DNA of 32,198 nucleotides from Bacteriovoracaceae bacterium (GTDB lineage: Bacteria > Bdellovibrionota > Bacteriovoracia > Bacteriovoracales > Bacteriovoracaceae), in contig JABIHA010000062.1 of NCBI GenBank assembly GCA_018649885.1, positions 62,001 to 94,198 on the forward strand, written 5' to 3'. Of the stretch, positions 1 to 10,267 are shown in pieces (position 1 is the first letter of the stretch; the number at the start of each line of letters is the position of its first letter). The notes under the pieces are model-generated. The model had not been told where the DNA came from. It saw only the letters and a list, made by a program, of their open reading frames with translations, and searched no databases. The translations under genes and the position numbers were made by a program.

Positions 1-1242
1 GTTGTCGTTGGTCATCAAAGAGAGTTGGTTTCTGATCACCTCGAAAAGTATCGATCCAAAATAAAAAGTTCACTAAAAATTGCTGTGCAAGAAGTCCAAA
101 ATGGAACTGGTGGAGCCCTTAGGGAGTATTTTGAGCAAATCCCTCATGCAAAAGATACTGTGTACACAATGGTGCTTTGTGGGGATACCCCCATTATTGG
201 ATCAAAGGACTTACAAGAATTATTTGCAAGTCTTAGCGCGGACCCCAAGTTAAATGCAGTTGCAGCAAGCTTTATTGCTAAAAACCCCAAAGGATACGGG
301 CGTATTGTAAGAGGCGGCAGTGGGTTTCGAATTGTTGAGGAAAAGGATGCAACTGATGATATTAGAAAAATTTGTGAGGTAAACTCGGGATTGTATATTG
401 CGAAGACTGAATTTGTACTAGCAAATCTCTACCAAATTGATGATAAAAACAAATCGAATGAGCTTTATTTAACTGACTTATTTAAAGAAAATCACCATGT
501 TCGCCCGGTATGCTTTCCGAGTGAAGAAGTATTCGTAGGGGTTAACACACTTAAACAGCTCCAAGTCGTAAGTAAAACATTATATCAAATGAAATGTGAT
601 GACTTACTTGAATCAGGAGTAAGGCTTTTTGATTCAAGCTCTACATATGTTGATTGGACTGTTGAAATTGGCAGAGGAAGTTATCTTTATCCAAATGTAA
701 TAATAGAGGGCAACTCCTCTATAGGTGAAAATTGCTGTATTATGGCCAATTGCCACCTAATAGATACCAAGATTTCAAATGATGTCACTGTGAAATCATT
801 TTGCTCTATGGAAGGTGCCTCTATTCAAAATTCAGCAGTTGTTGGCCCATTTGCAAGGCTCAGACCTCTCGCCAATATTGGTGAAGGCTCTAAGGTCGGA
901 AATTTTGTTGAGATAAAAAAATCAAACCTCGGCAAGGGCGTAAAGGTAAGTCATCTGAGCTACGTTGGGGACGCAGAGATTGGAGAAAACACTAATATTG
1001 GATGCGGTTTTGTTTCCGTTAACTATGACGGAGTTAATAAGCACAAGACCAGTATTGGCAAAAATTCTTTTATAGGATCTGGATGCAATCTAATCGCCCC
1101 GATTAAAGTGGGAGATAGCAGTTTTGTTGCTGCTGGATCAACAGTAAATAAAGATATTCCTGAAGGCAGCTTTGCGATTGCCAGGGGAAGGCAGACCAAT
1201 AAAGATGGGCTTGCAAAAAAATTCCTTCCCAAAAAAGACTAG
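1..1242 (+). CDS. glmU: Bifunctional UDP-GlcNAc pyrophosphorylase / glucosamine-1-phosphate N-acetyltransferase, 5'-truncated by the window edge
   Basis: Frame is open from base 1 (VVVGHQ...). Motifs Q-x-GTG, LCGDTP, GYGRIVR, IVEEKDA, EVNSG, YLTD, hexapeptide repeats, GPFARLRP, GNFVEIK, HLSYVGDA, NYDG. Directly upstream of glmS. Confidence 0.97.
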   Translation, partial: VVVGHQRELVSDHLEKYRSKIKSSLKIAVQEVQNGTGGALREYFEQIPHAKDTVYTMVLCGDTPIIGSKDLQELFASLSADPKLNAVAASFIAKNPKGYGRIVRGGSGFRIVEEKDATDDIRKICEVNSGLYIAKTEFVLANLYQIDDKNKSNELYLTDLFKENHHVRPVCFPSEEVFVGVNTLKQLQVVSKTLYQMKCDDLLESGVRLFDSSSTYVDWTVEIGRGSYLYPNVIIEGNSSIGENCCIMANCHLIDTKISNDVTVKSFCSMEGASIQNSAVVGPFARLRPLANIGEGSKVGNFVEIKKSNLGKGVKVSHLSYVGDAEIGENTNIGCGFVSVNYDGVNKHKTSIGKNSFIGSGCNLIAPIKVGDSSFVAAGSTVNKDIPEGSFAIARGRQTNKDGLAKKFLPKKD

Positions 1243-1254
1243 CTGCGCCATTTT

Positions 1255-1338
1255 TTTTATGAAAGGGGATATTTAGGCCAAAAAAGCTGTAATAACTACA
1301 TCTTTTTGCACTAAATATTTTCATGAAAGGTCCCTTTT
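1255..1338. promoter_or_regulatory. Long imperfect inverted repeat with two near-identical dyad boxes in the glmU-glmS spacer
   Basis: ATATTTAG (1269-1276) pairs with CTAAATAT (1311-1318); inner AAAAAG/CTTTTT and TGTA/TACA arms; boxes TTTTATGAAAGG (1255-1266) and TTTCATGAAAGG (1319-1330). Function is inferred only. Confidence 0.4.
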
Positions 1339-1400
1339 GATAGCTTCACCTTAATAATTTTACTTATTTGGGGAAATTGAATTTATAGGAGTGATTTAAT

Positions 1401-3218
1401 ATGTGTGGAATTGTAGGCCATATTGGGGATGGAAATTCTGTAGAAGTAATATTAGCCGGTCTAAAAAGACTTGAGTATCGAGGCTATGACTCAGCCGGAC
1501 TTTGTATCAAGACAGCTGAAGACGAGCTGGTACTTTATAAAAAAGCAGGCAAATTAGAAAATCTTGAAAATCTAGTTCGACCACTTAATTTAGCAGCATC
1601 AATTGGAATTGGTCACACTCGGTGGGCCACACACGGTGGCGTTACTGATTTTAATGCCCACCCACACGTAAATGGAAATATAGCACTTGTTTGCAACGGT
1701 ATAATTGAAAATGCGGGCTCTATTAAAAAAGAACTCTTAGCTGAAGGCTGGGAATTTAAATCAGAGACCGACACAGAGGTTTTCTTAATATTAGTAAAAA
1801 AGGCCTTGAGCCAAGGCATGAACTTTAGAGAATCAGTGTGTGATTCTTTTAAAAAGGTTCGCGGAAATAGTGCACTCGTTGTCCTTGATAGATTTTCTAA
1901 TGAAATTGTATGCATCAGAAGGTCTGCCCCTATTGTCATGGGCCTAGGCGCTGATCACCACAATGGTTTTATTGCCTCAGACCCTTATGCACTTGTTGGT
2001 CACGTTGAAAAAATATTTTTTCCAGAAAATGAAGTCCTTGGTGTTATTTCTGAAGAGGATGGTGAGTATACGGCTAAATTTTTTGAGTTAGACCTAACGC
2101 CTTCAACAAGATTTAGCTCACAAAAACAATCAATGAGTATTGATGTTCAAGATAAAGGCGAGCATGAACACTTCATGCTCAAAGAAATACATGAACAGCC
2201 TCATCTAATTAGAAATTTAATTAGTTACTATTTTGATGGTGAGGGAAGTACTGAGCTAGAAAAGGCTTCTGAAATTAAAGGAAAATCGGTACATATTTCA
2301 GCTTGTGGGACTGCATGGCACGCAGGGCTTATGATTAAGAATTATATAGAATCTACAAATCGAATTCCAACTCACGTAGAATTGGCGAGTGAATTCAGAT
2401 ATAGAAACCCTCTTTTAAACTCTGATGAGATTGGACTTTTTATCAGTCAATCAGGAGAAACTGCAGATACTTTAGCTGCATGCGAGCTTTGCAAGGAAAA
2501 AGATCTTAAGACATTGTCTATAGTAAATGTTGAAGGATCTACCCTTTACCGAGAATGTGATCGAAATCTTTTGATCCAAGCAGGAAGAGAAATTGGTGTT
2601 GCATCTACCAAGGCATTTACATTACAAGTTCTAACTGGATTTCTTTATTCACAGTCCCTTGCTTCTGAAAAATTGGATACGATAAATTTAAAAAAATCTC
2701 TACTTCTTCTTGCAGATGGGATTGATGAGGTTCTAGCGGCCAGTGAAGAAATAAAAAAAGTTGCTGAAAGTATTTATAACTTAAAAGGTTTTTTATTTAC
2801 TGGTAGAGGAAGTTACTTTCCAGTAGCGCTTGAGGGTGCATTAAAATTAAAAGAAATTGCTTATGTTCACGCTGAAGGCTATGCATCAGGCGAGCTTAAA
2901 CATGGTCCACTAGCGTTAATTGACGAAGAAATGGCCAATATTGCTATTGTAGCACCTGAATTATTTGAAAAAACAATTTCAAATGTGGAAGAGATAAAGG
3001 CCAGAAAGGGCGTCATTGTAATTATCGGGCCTGATGACAGTGAAATCGCTAGAGAGCTAAGTGATTATTATATTCCAGTGAATTTTTCAGGTCTGGGTGA
3101 GCTTAGTCCGCTCCTCGTCAATGTTGTTAACCAGCTTCTTTCTTACTATATGGCTAAATATAAAGGCACTGATATAGATAAGCCTAGAAATTTGGCAAAA
3201 TCTGTCACTGTAGAGTAG
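1401..3218 (+). CDS. glmS: Glutamine--fructose-6-phosphate aminotransferase (isomerizing)
   Basis: N-terminal MCGIVG, LEYRGYDSAG, GHTRWATHG, SQSGETADT, VASTKAFT, ELKHGP, C-terminal PRNLAKSVTVE; RBS AGGAG. Confidence 0.99.
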   Translation: MCGIVGHIGDGNSVEVILAGLKRLEYRGYDSAGLCIKTAEDELVLYKKAGKLENLENLVRPLNLAASIGIGHTRWATHGGVTDFNAHPHVNGNIALVCNGIIENAGSIKKELLAEGWEFKSETDTEVFLILVKKALSQGMNFRESVCDSFKKVRGNSALVVLDRFSNEIVCIRRSAPIVMGLGADHHNGFIASDPYALVGHVEKIFFPENEVLGVISEEDGEYTAKFFELDLTPSTRFSSQKQSMSIDVQDKGEHEHFMLKEIHEQPHLIRNLISYYFDGEGSTELEKASEIKGKSVHISACGTAWHAGLMIKNYIESTNRIPTHVELASEFRYRNPLLNSDEIGLFISQSGETADTLAACELCKEKDLKTLSIVNVEGSTLYRECDRNLLIQAGREIGVASTKAFTLQVLTGFLYSQSLASEKLDTINLKKSLLLLADGIDEVLAASEEIKKVAESIYNLKGFLFTGRGSYFPVALEGALKLKEIAYVHAEGYASGELKHGPLALIDEEMANIAIVAPELFEKTISNVEEIKARKGVIVIIGPDDSEIARELSDYYIPVNFSGLGELSPLLVNVVNQLLSYYMAKYKGTDIDKPRNLAKSVTVE

Positions 3219-3258
3219 ATTGGAAGGGAATTTTTAATCCTAAACTAACTGGAATTAA

Positions 3259-5490
3259 ATGATCCCCGATAACCTTAATGGTGCGCAAAAAAGAGCAGTA
3301 GAAAAGACTGATGGTCCTGTGATGATTCTTGCAGGAGCTGGCTCTGGCAAGACCAGAACCCTCGTTGCAAAAGTAAGCTACCTATTAGATGTACTTGAAG
3401 TAAGTCCCTATAAAATTTTAGCAGTCACTTTTTCCAATAAAGCGGCTAGAGAAATGAGAGACAGAGTAGGTGCAAACTGCAACTTAAGTCCAGGGGCCCT
3501 CCAGATAACCACCTTTCATTCATTTTGTGCCAATATTCTGAGATCAGAAGCAAGACATCTTGGTCTTAGTAGAAATTTCACTATTTACGATGACAGTGAA
3601 AGTAAATCAGTAGTTAAAGTAATTCTAAATAAAAGAGGTATTAATTTAAAGGAACTCCCACCATCACATGTTTTACATTTTATTAGTGATTTAAAAAATA
3701 GAGGCTACTACGAGGGAACTCCAAGTGATGAATTTGATGAAGACAAACAAGATGAACTCTTTGGACTTTTTCTTGAATATGAATCAGAGCTGCATAGATC
3801 CAATGCTGTTGATTTTGGCGGGCTCATAACTGCTGTCATTCAGCTATTTGAAAAGTTCCCGGAAGTCAGACAGAGGTATGAAGATAGATATCAATATATA
3901 ATGGTTGATGAGTACCAAGATACAAATAGAGCGCAATTTGAGCTAGTCAGAATCCTTAGCGAGAAAAAGCAAAATATTTGTGTGGTAGGAGATGAGGATC
4001 AATCAATTTATTCTTGGCGTGGAGCTGATATAAGAAATATTTTAGATTTTGAAAAAGTATTTCCTCATGCTGAGATCATCAAGCTTGAACAAAATTATCG
4101 TTCCTCAAAAACAATTATTGAAGCAGCTACACAAGTTATTTCTAAAAACTTACAAAGAAAGGGAAAGTCCATGTGGACTGACAATATTGATGGTGATGCT
4201 ATCGATGTTATTGAGTGCCACAATGACAAAGTTGAAGGTGAGTTTTTAGCAAAAGAAATAAAAAAGTTAAAAGAAGATGGTGAATCTTATGACGATATGG
4301 CCATTTTCTATAGAAGTAATGCCCAGTCTAGAATAATTGAAGACTCACTTCTTAAAGGTGGGATTCCTTATAGAGTTGTTGCTGGGATTAAATTTTACGA
4401 AAGAAAAGAAGTAAAAGATCTTTTGGCTTATATAAGAGTTGTCGTTAATAGTAAGGATTCACTGGCCCTAAGCAGGATTGTAAATGTACCGACTAGGGGT
4501 ATTGGCGCCACAACTTTAAGAAAGATTGAAGGAGAGGCAATTAGAATGGGTTGTTCTCTCTGGGAAATAGTTGAGAAAATTTCGCAATTTCCAGAAGATT
4601 TTTCACATATCAAGCTAAGTGCAAGAATTAAATCTTCCTTTCAAGCCTTTGAATCCCTTGTAAATGAAGTAAAGCTTGGAGAACAAAACGGTATTGCACC
4701 ATCTGCAGGCTACGATAAATTATTAATCGAATCAGGTTACTTACAAAGTTTAAAGGCAAGTCGTGATTATGAAAGCCTTGCACGTATTGAAAATTTACAA
4801 GAACTTTTTAGCGCTATTAGGCAGTATGAAGAGTCATCTACAAGTCCCACACTTTCTGGATTTTTAGAGACCATCACACTTGATACTAGTAGGGATGAAG
4901 AGGAAAACCCTGCAGGACAAGTGGCATTAATGACAGTCCATAGCTCCAAAGGGCTTGAGTTTCCCTATGCCTTTATTACTGGTGCTGAAGAAAATGTTTT
5001 TCCTAGTTATCAAAGTCTTGAGTCAGACAGTGAGACAGCAATTGAGGAAGAGAGAAGACTTTTTTACGTGGCCATGACAAGGGCCATGAAAAAACTGTAT
5101 ATAACATTTGCACAAGGCAGGATGGTTTTTGGCAACTTGAGATTTAACGGACCCTCAAGGTTTATAGAAGAAATTCCTAAGAATTTTTATAAATGGGTGA
5201 GAAAGGGTGCCAGAAGGACTGATGCCTCGTCTTGTTATGATAATGATGAAGATTTTAATCAAGATACCGGACCCTCTGAGGTAAATTACCATGATGTGCA
5301 GATAAACATAGGTAACCCTGTGAAAAGGCAGAGTGCTAGCTATCAAAAAGGCCAAAAAGTGACCCACAGTCTTTATGGTGAAGGTGTTGTTTGGACCACC
5401 GAAGGCTTTGGAAGTGAGGAGAAGGTAACCATAAAATTCCCTGGAGGAGTTTTGAAAAAATTCATGGTTAAATTCGCTCCTCTTTCATAA
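3259..5490 (+). CDS. pcrA: SF1A ATP-dependent DNA helicase PcrA/UvrD
   Basis: AGAGSGKT, VTFSNKAA, TFHSF, VDEYQDTN, VGDEDQSIYSWRGA, LEQNYRS, MTVHSSKGLEF, EEERRLFYVAMTRA, plus a C-terminal Tudor-like domain (GQKVTHSLYGEG). Confidence 0.96.
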   Translation: MIPDNLNGAQKRAVEKTDGPVMILAGAGSGKTRTLVAKVSYLLDVLEVSPYKILAVTFSNKAAREMRDRVGANCNLSPGALQITTFHSFCANILRSEARHLGLSRNFTIYDDSESKSVVKVILNKRGINLKELPPSHVLHFISDLKNRGYYEGTPSDEFDEDKQDELFGLFLEYESELHRSNAVDFGGLITAVIQLFEKFPEVRQRYEDRYQYIMVDEYQDTNRAQFELVRILSEKKQNICVVGDEDQSIYSWRGADIRNILDFEKVFPHAEIIKLEQNYRSSKTIIEAATQVISKNLQRKGKSMWTDNIDGDAIDVIECHNDKVEGEFLAKEIKKLKEDGESYDDMAIFYRSNAQSRIIEDSLLKGGIPYRVVAGIKFYERKEVKDLLAYIRVVVNSKDSLALSRIVNVPTRGIGATTLRKIEGEAIRMGCSLWEIVEKISQFPEDFSHIKLSARIKSSFQAFESLVNEVKLGEQNGIAPSAGYDKLLIESGYLQSLKASRDYESLARIENLQELFSAIRQYEESSTSPTLSGFLETITLDTSRDEEENPAGQVALMTVHSSKGLEFPYAFITGAEENVFPSYQSLESDSETAIEEERRLFYVAMTRAMKKLYITFAQGRMVFGNLRFNGPSRFIEEIPKNFYKWVRKGARRTDASSCYDNDEDFNQDTGPSEVNYHDVQINIGNPVKRQSASYQKGQKVTHSLYGEGVVWTTEGFGSEEKVTIKFPGGVLKKFMVKFAPLS

Positions 5491-5593
5491 TCAAGATTTT
5501 ATATTTTTTTGTGTATTCATCCCTAAATAGGGTAAAATTCCGCATAGGATTTTAAACTAGGTTGCATTGCAGCTAACAGGTGGTGAAAACTCA

Positions 5594-7855
5594 ATGAATA
5601 AGACGACAAAAATATTACTAGTTTCTCTAATTGTTGTAGGCGTAGCTTTTAGTGGTGCTCTATTTTTTGCATCTCAAAAACTAAAGAACTTGGACCTGGT
5701 TAAATTGGCTAAAGAAAATATTGAAAAAAGCCTACCTGGTGCCAAGGCCAATATTACAAAAATAGATTATTCACTTGGTGCAAGTATTGAGTTTAAAGCT
5801 GAGAATACAAGCTTAACGCTTAAAAGAAATGGAACTCCTCTAATTGATCTTAAAGATATTGTGATCAAAATTCCACTTTGGGCCATTTTAACAGGTGGAG
5901 GGAATTTACAGGTAGATATAGATAATCCCAAAATTTCATTTGTCCAATATTCTAAAACAAAAAATAATTGGCTTGAAGCAACAGGTGGATCCAAAAAGAG
6001 AACACCCCAATCTGTAGAGGCAAAATCTAAATCAATGCAAATTCCAAGATTTTTGGCAAAATCAACTGTCAATATTAGTTTCAGAAATATTTCAGTGAAT
6101 TATCGATTGGCTGATAAGTCTAAGGGCGAGCTCAAGGTAGCGAAATTTTTAATTAAAAATCTAAATTTAAAAAAAGAAACGGCTTTTGAAATTGTTTCAA
6201 GAATTGAGAGCAAGATGGCATCGGGAGAGAAACTTTCCCTAGATGCAATGCTTATTGGTCAGGCTAATTTGCACCAAGTTGTAGAAGGAGGAGATTTAAA
6301 ATCAAAAATTATGATCACTTTAAATAAGCTTTCTCTTCCTGGTCTCAAGCATCAAATTGGTGAAGTTAAGTTAGATTTAAATGTTGAAGCAAATCAAAAG
6401 GGTGATGGAGTAGTCGTGTTGGCGGCTAGTTCACCTAAGTTTTTTAAACTTGATGCTAAAGTCGCTGCGAATGCTGGTAATTATGAAGTAACAAATATCC
6501 AGTTCAATACTTCAATGGCAGAGGCCATGAGGTTGACTGGTTTTTCTATGCCAGAGCTTAAGGTTGGAGAGACCAAGCTTTATTTGGAAGGAAATTTAAA
6601 GGCCACTGCAAAAAAAGAGATTATCCCAGATTTAAACTTTAAGACACAACCAGCATTTGTATACAAGGCACCTGAGAAAATAGATGTAAAAGTATTGATG
6701 AATGGCTCTCTCGTAAGAAATCAATTTAATGTAAAAGTTTCGAACTCACTTCTCGGTGGAACTATTAATTTGAAAGTGAGAAATTCAATTAATTTATCAA
6801 AACCTCAAATGAATCCTAAAAAGATGCCAACAACTTATGTCGATATTGTGATGGCGGGATTAAATGTAAAAAAGAGTTTTATTAGAAAGATTATGTATCC
6901 AGAAGGAAAAAAAGTTTCAAGTTTAGTTCATGAAGCGAGAAGATTTCCCTCTTCACAGAAAAAAATCAAACCGATGTATATTCCTTCAAGTAAAATTAGC
7001 TTTAAGGCAGAGGCAGTAAAAATAGGAAGTGCAGACTTTTCAGCAAATGGATTAGTAATTGCGAAAGGAACAAAAATAGGAAGTGATAACTTTAGATTCC
7101 ACTTTGGTAAAGGTGATGGGAAGTTGATATTTAATACGGCCTTAAATCCCAACGGTTTTAAAAAGACCAATTTAAAATTCACGCTAAATAAATTAGATAT
7201 GTCTACACTCTCAGCATTTCTTCCAGCGAGCATAGATGGTGTAGAGGGGATATTTTCAGGACTTGTAAAAGGTTGGGTTAATACTGGTACCAAACCCACA
7301 GATCTAAACTACAAGTTAAATGTCAATGTTAAGGCCACCAATGGAAAGATAAAGGGAATAAATCTTACTCAAAAAATTAAGTCATTGGTTTCCAATATCC
7401 CAATGCTAAAAAAGAAGCTTGAAAAAAAGAATTATAAAGTCAGTGATGAATTTGAAAGATTCATTGTGAGTGGTGACTTTAAAAGTAATCTTTATCAATT
7501 GAAAACATTTCATTTTATTGGAATTAGAAATACTTCGGAATTTAAAGGGAATGGAAAAATCATTCCAGCTCCTCATAAGGGAAATGGAGAAGTATATATG
7601 ACCTATAAGGATCTTTCTGGAGCTATCGCGAAAGAGCTCAAGAAAAATATTGGAAGAGAAGACCTACCAATGAGACTCGTGGGCAATGGATTTAATTTAA
7701 AACCTGACTATGGATACACAATGAAAAAAATTGCCAAGTCAGCAGTAAAATCCCAAGCCACTCAAAAAGTTAAGAAAAAGGCTAAAGATAGTATTAAAAA
7801 AGTCATTGATAAAAATAAAGGTCAATTGAAAAAAATGTTTAAGGGGTTATTCTAA
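5594..7855 (+). CDS. AsmA-family / repeating beta-groove envelope protein
   Basis: Single N-terminal TM anchor, IKIPLWAILTG...IDNPKI segment resembling the AsmA N-terminus, beta-rich body, C-terminal G-x-IKGINL and LPMRLVG. ATG 5594 after AGGTGG is preferred over TTG 5567. Confidence 0.65.
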   Translation: MNKTTKILLVSLIVVGVAFSGALFFASQKLKNLDLVKLAKENIEKSLPGAKANITKIDYSLGASIEFKAENTSLTLKRNGTPLIDLKDIVIKIPLWAILTGGGNLQVDIDNPKISFVQYSKTKNNWLEATGGSKKRTPQSVEAKSKSMQIPRFLAKSTVNISFRNISVNYRLADKSKGELKVAKFLIKNLNLKKETAFEIVSRIESKMASGEKLSLDAMLIGQANLHQVVEGGDLKSKIMITLNKLSLPGLKHQIGEVKLDLNVEANQKGDGVVVLAASSPKFFKLDAKVAANAGNYEVTNIQFNTSMAEAMRLTGFSMPELKVGETKLYLEGNLKATAKKEIIPDLNFKTQPAFVYKAPEKIDVKVLMNGSLVRNQFNVKVSNSLLGGTINLKVRNSINLSKPQMNPKKMPTTYVDIVMAGLNVKKSFIRKIMYPEGKKVSSLVHEARRFPSSQKKIKPMYIPSSKISFKAEAVKIGSADFSANGLVIAKGTKIGSDNFRFHFGKGDGKLIFNTALNPNGFKKTNLKFTLNKLDMSTLSAFLPASIDGVEGIFSGLVKGWVNTGTKPTDLNYKLNVNVKATNGKIKGINLTQKIKSLVSNIPMLKKKLEKKNYKVSDEFERFIVSGDFKSNLYQLKTFHFIGIRNTSEFKGNGKIIPAPHKGNGEVYMTYKDLSGAIAKELKKNIGREDLPMRLVGNGFNLKPDYGYTMKKIAKSAVKSQATQKVKKKAKDSIKKVIDKNKGQLKKMFKGLF

Positions 7856-8895
7856 TGAAAAGTGAAGGTGCACTTAATCCAATTAGATGGGAAGAAGATC
7901 ATTTGGTATTGATCGACCAAAGAAAACTCCCATTAACTGAAAGTTACGAGAAAATTACGACTCTAGAGCAGTGTCATGATGCGATTAAGGTCATGGTTGT
8001 TAGAGGAGCTCCCTGTATTGGCTTTACAGCTATATTTGGAATGGCCCTATTCGCTAAAAATGAGTCGCAAATTGATGATACTAAACTAAAAATTGCAGCC
8101 GCTTTTTTAAAGTCTGCAAGGCCCACGGCCGTTAATTTGGCCTTTGAAGTTGATCGTTGTGTTGACTTAATTTTAAGTGATCCTAAAAGTGCTTTTGATC
8201 GGTTAGTTAGTTTTGGTCAAGAGCAAATGGAAAAAGCTTATCACGAAAATTTATCTATGGCGGAAACAGGATTAAAAGAATTAACTGCACGCTATGGGGA
8301 TAAAAAACTTCGATTGATGACCCATTGTAATACAGGTCACTTGGCCTGTGGCTGTCTTGGAACTGCTCTGGGTGTGATCTCTCACTCATTCAAAAAAGGT
8401 GCGGTTGAGAAAGTTTGGGTAGATGAAACAAGACCTTATTTGCAAGGTACGAGACTATCAAGCTTTGAACTTTGGAAGGAAAGTATTCCTCACCAGGTAG
8501 TAGTTGAAGGGGCAGCATCTGAGTTAATGAGGCAGGGGCTAGTTGACGCTGTTTTTGTTGGAGCGGATAGAATTGTTAAAAACGGGGATACTGCCAATAA
8601 GGTTGGAACTGCAACTTTGGCAATCACGGCCAAAAATTATGGAGTTCCTTTTTATGTTATTGCTCCAACAAGTAGTTTCGATATGGCTTCGAGTTGTGGT
8701 GAGGAAATTGAAATTGAGATGAGACCTGAAGAAGAGGTTCTGTCTATCCAGGGAGTGAGACTTGCTGCTGAAGGAGTAAGTGCCTATAACCCAAGTTTTG
8801 ATATTACCAAATCAGAGTTTATAACCGGCATAATTTCCGAAAAAGGTATTGCAAAAGGAAATTACGTCGAAGAAATAGAGAAGTTTTTTAGGTAA
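7855..8895 (+). CDS. mtnA: S-methyl-5-thioribose-1-phosphate isomerase
   Basis: IDQRKLP, MVVRGAP, SARPTAVNL, MTHCNTG, DETRPYLQG, GADRI, GDTANKVGT, NPSFDIT. TAATG overlap with the upstream gene. Confidence 0.96.
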   Translation: MKSEGALNPIRWEEDHLVLIDQRKLPLTESYEKITTLEQCHDAIKVMVVRGAPCIGFTAIFGMALFAKNESQIDDTKLKIAAAFLKSARPTAVNLAFEVDRCVDLILSDPKSAFDRLVSFGQEQMEKAYHENLSMAETGLKELTARYGDKKLRLMTHCNTGHLACGCLGTALGVISHSFKKGAVEKVWVDETRPYLQGTRLSSFELWKESIPHQVVVEGAASELMRQGLVDAVFVGADRIVKNGDTANKVGTATLAITAKNYGVPFYVIAPTSSFDMASSCGEEIEIEMRPEEEVLSIQGVRLAAEGVSAYNPSFDITKSEFITGIISEKGIAKGNYVEEIEKFFR

Positions 8896-8897
8896 CC

Positions 8898-9818
8898 ATG
8901 ATGGAGAGTACTGCTTTGAGATGCTCTATTGATATTGGCTCCAACTCAATTAATTGTTTGATCGCGGAGTATGATAGTGTTTCGAAGGTCTTACAAGAAT
9001 GTTATGTAGAAAGTTTAGTAACAGAGCTTGGAAGAGGTGTCGATGCCACAGGCAACTTACAACTAGACACTATGGAAGCAAGTCGCAATGCTCTTGAAAC
9101 CTATTGTCAAAAGGCCAAGGGTTTTGGAATTGACCCCGATAGGATTATTGTTACAGCAACAGAAGCTTCTCGCGTGGCCAGCAATGCATCGAAATTTTAC
9201 AATGGCATCCAAAGTAATTTGGGATTGAACGTCTCAATCATATCAGGTGAAAAAGAAGCCTACTTCTCGGCCCTTGGGGCTTCCCAGGGTACTACCGATG
9301 AGCAGATCCTTCTATTAGATATAGGCGGAAGTTCAACTGAATTTGTTCATGCGCATTTAAGAGACTTTAAAATTAAACACTCAATTAGTCTCCCTTTTGG
9401 ATCAGTCAGATCTACTGAGTGGCTTTCTAAGGGATCATTTGATACCAACTTTTCAAAAATTTGGGAGTCCATGGAAGGTATTGAAAGTATTTTTCGTGGA
9501 AAAAAACTTCTTTGCGTTGCTGGTACTATGACATCCTTGTTCACCATGGTACTTGGAGGCAAAGTATTTAGTAGTGAGCTAATACACCAAAAAAGTGCAG
9601 CTATTGACCAATTTGATGGTTTTTTTAGGGAGTACTCTAGTTCTACTGGGGACAAACTACTGCAAGAATTTCCTTTTCTAGGGAAAAGGTCTAAAGCAAT
9701 TATGGGAGGTCTTTATCTTGCAAGTTCAATATTTGGAAGTTTGAAAACGCCCGAAATAATTTGTTCAACTAGAGGACTTAGGTACGGCACACTTATTGAT
9801 GGAGGACTTTCACTATGA
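8898..9818 (+). CDS. Ppx/GppA-family phosphatase, short ASKHA-only form
   Basis: IDIGSNS, ATEASRVASN, ISGEKEA, DIGGSSTE, SLPFGSV, AGTMT, GLRYG; no C-terminal HD domain. Confidence 0.9.
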   Translation: MMESTALRCSIDIGSNSINCLIAEYDSVSKVLQECYVESLVTELGRGVDATGNLQLDTMEASRNALETYCQKAKGFGIDPDRIIVTATEASRVASNASKFYNGIQSNLGLNVSIISGEKEAYFSALGASQGTTDEQILLLDIGGSSTEFVHAHLRDFKIKHSISLPFGSVRSTEWLSKGSFDTNFSKIWESMEGIESIFRGKKLLCVAGTMTSLFTMVLGGKVFSSELIHQKSAAIDQFDGFFREYSSSTGDKLLQEFPFLGKRSKAIMGGLYLASSIFGSLKTPEIICSTRGLRYGTLIDGGLSL

Positions 9819-10267
9819 ACATTGATGCCGGGGATTATGAAAGAGTAACTTTTGAAAAGGATCAACCCCTTTTTATAGAAGGAGGCTCAATTGATTATTT
9901 TTACATTATTGTGTCTGGGCGAGTTCGGATAATAAAGGAGTCCAGTGGTAGAGTCCTGTCGCTTGCATTATTAGGTGATAAAGCATTTGTAGGAGAAGCC
10001 GCTGTTTTTGGCGACGTTGGAAAAAGAATTGCTTCGGCTGTTGCGGAAACATCAACTGAATTGATTCGAATTCCAGCAGGAGATATAAAAAAAGTTCTTT
10101 CAGTAACACCAGAGTGGGTGAGAAATATAATGAAAACGCTATCTCAGCGTTTGCAGCATACCAATGATATTATTGCTGAACATAAAATTAAAGATGAAAC
10201 AGGTGGAACTTATAACTATCTAAGTGAAGAAGAAGAAGCTCATTACTTAAAAATCTTAAAGATTTAA
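9815..10267 (+). CDS. Stand-alone cyclic-nucleotide-binding domain protein
   Basis: LFIEG, YIIVSGRVRI, phosphate-binding cassette FVGEAAVF...RIASAVA; no HTH. ATGA overlap with the Ppx gene. Confidence 0.85.
   Translation: MNIDAGDYERVTFEKDQPLFIEGGSIDYFYIIVSGRVRIIKESSGRVLSLALLGDKAFVGEAAVFGDVGKRIASAVAETSTELIRIPAGDIKKVLSVTPEWVRNIMKTLSQRLQHTNDIIAEHKIKDETGGTYNYLSEEEEAHYLKILKI

Noticed and set aside
1243..1400. Canonical glmS ribozyme
   Set aside because: The spacer is AT-rich and I cannot find the conserved ribozyme core; it is reported only as an unexplained structure.
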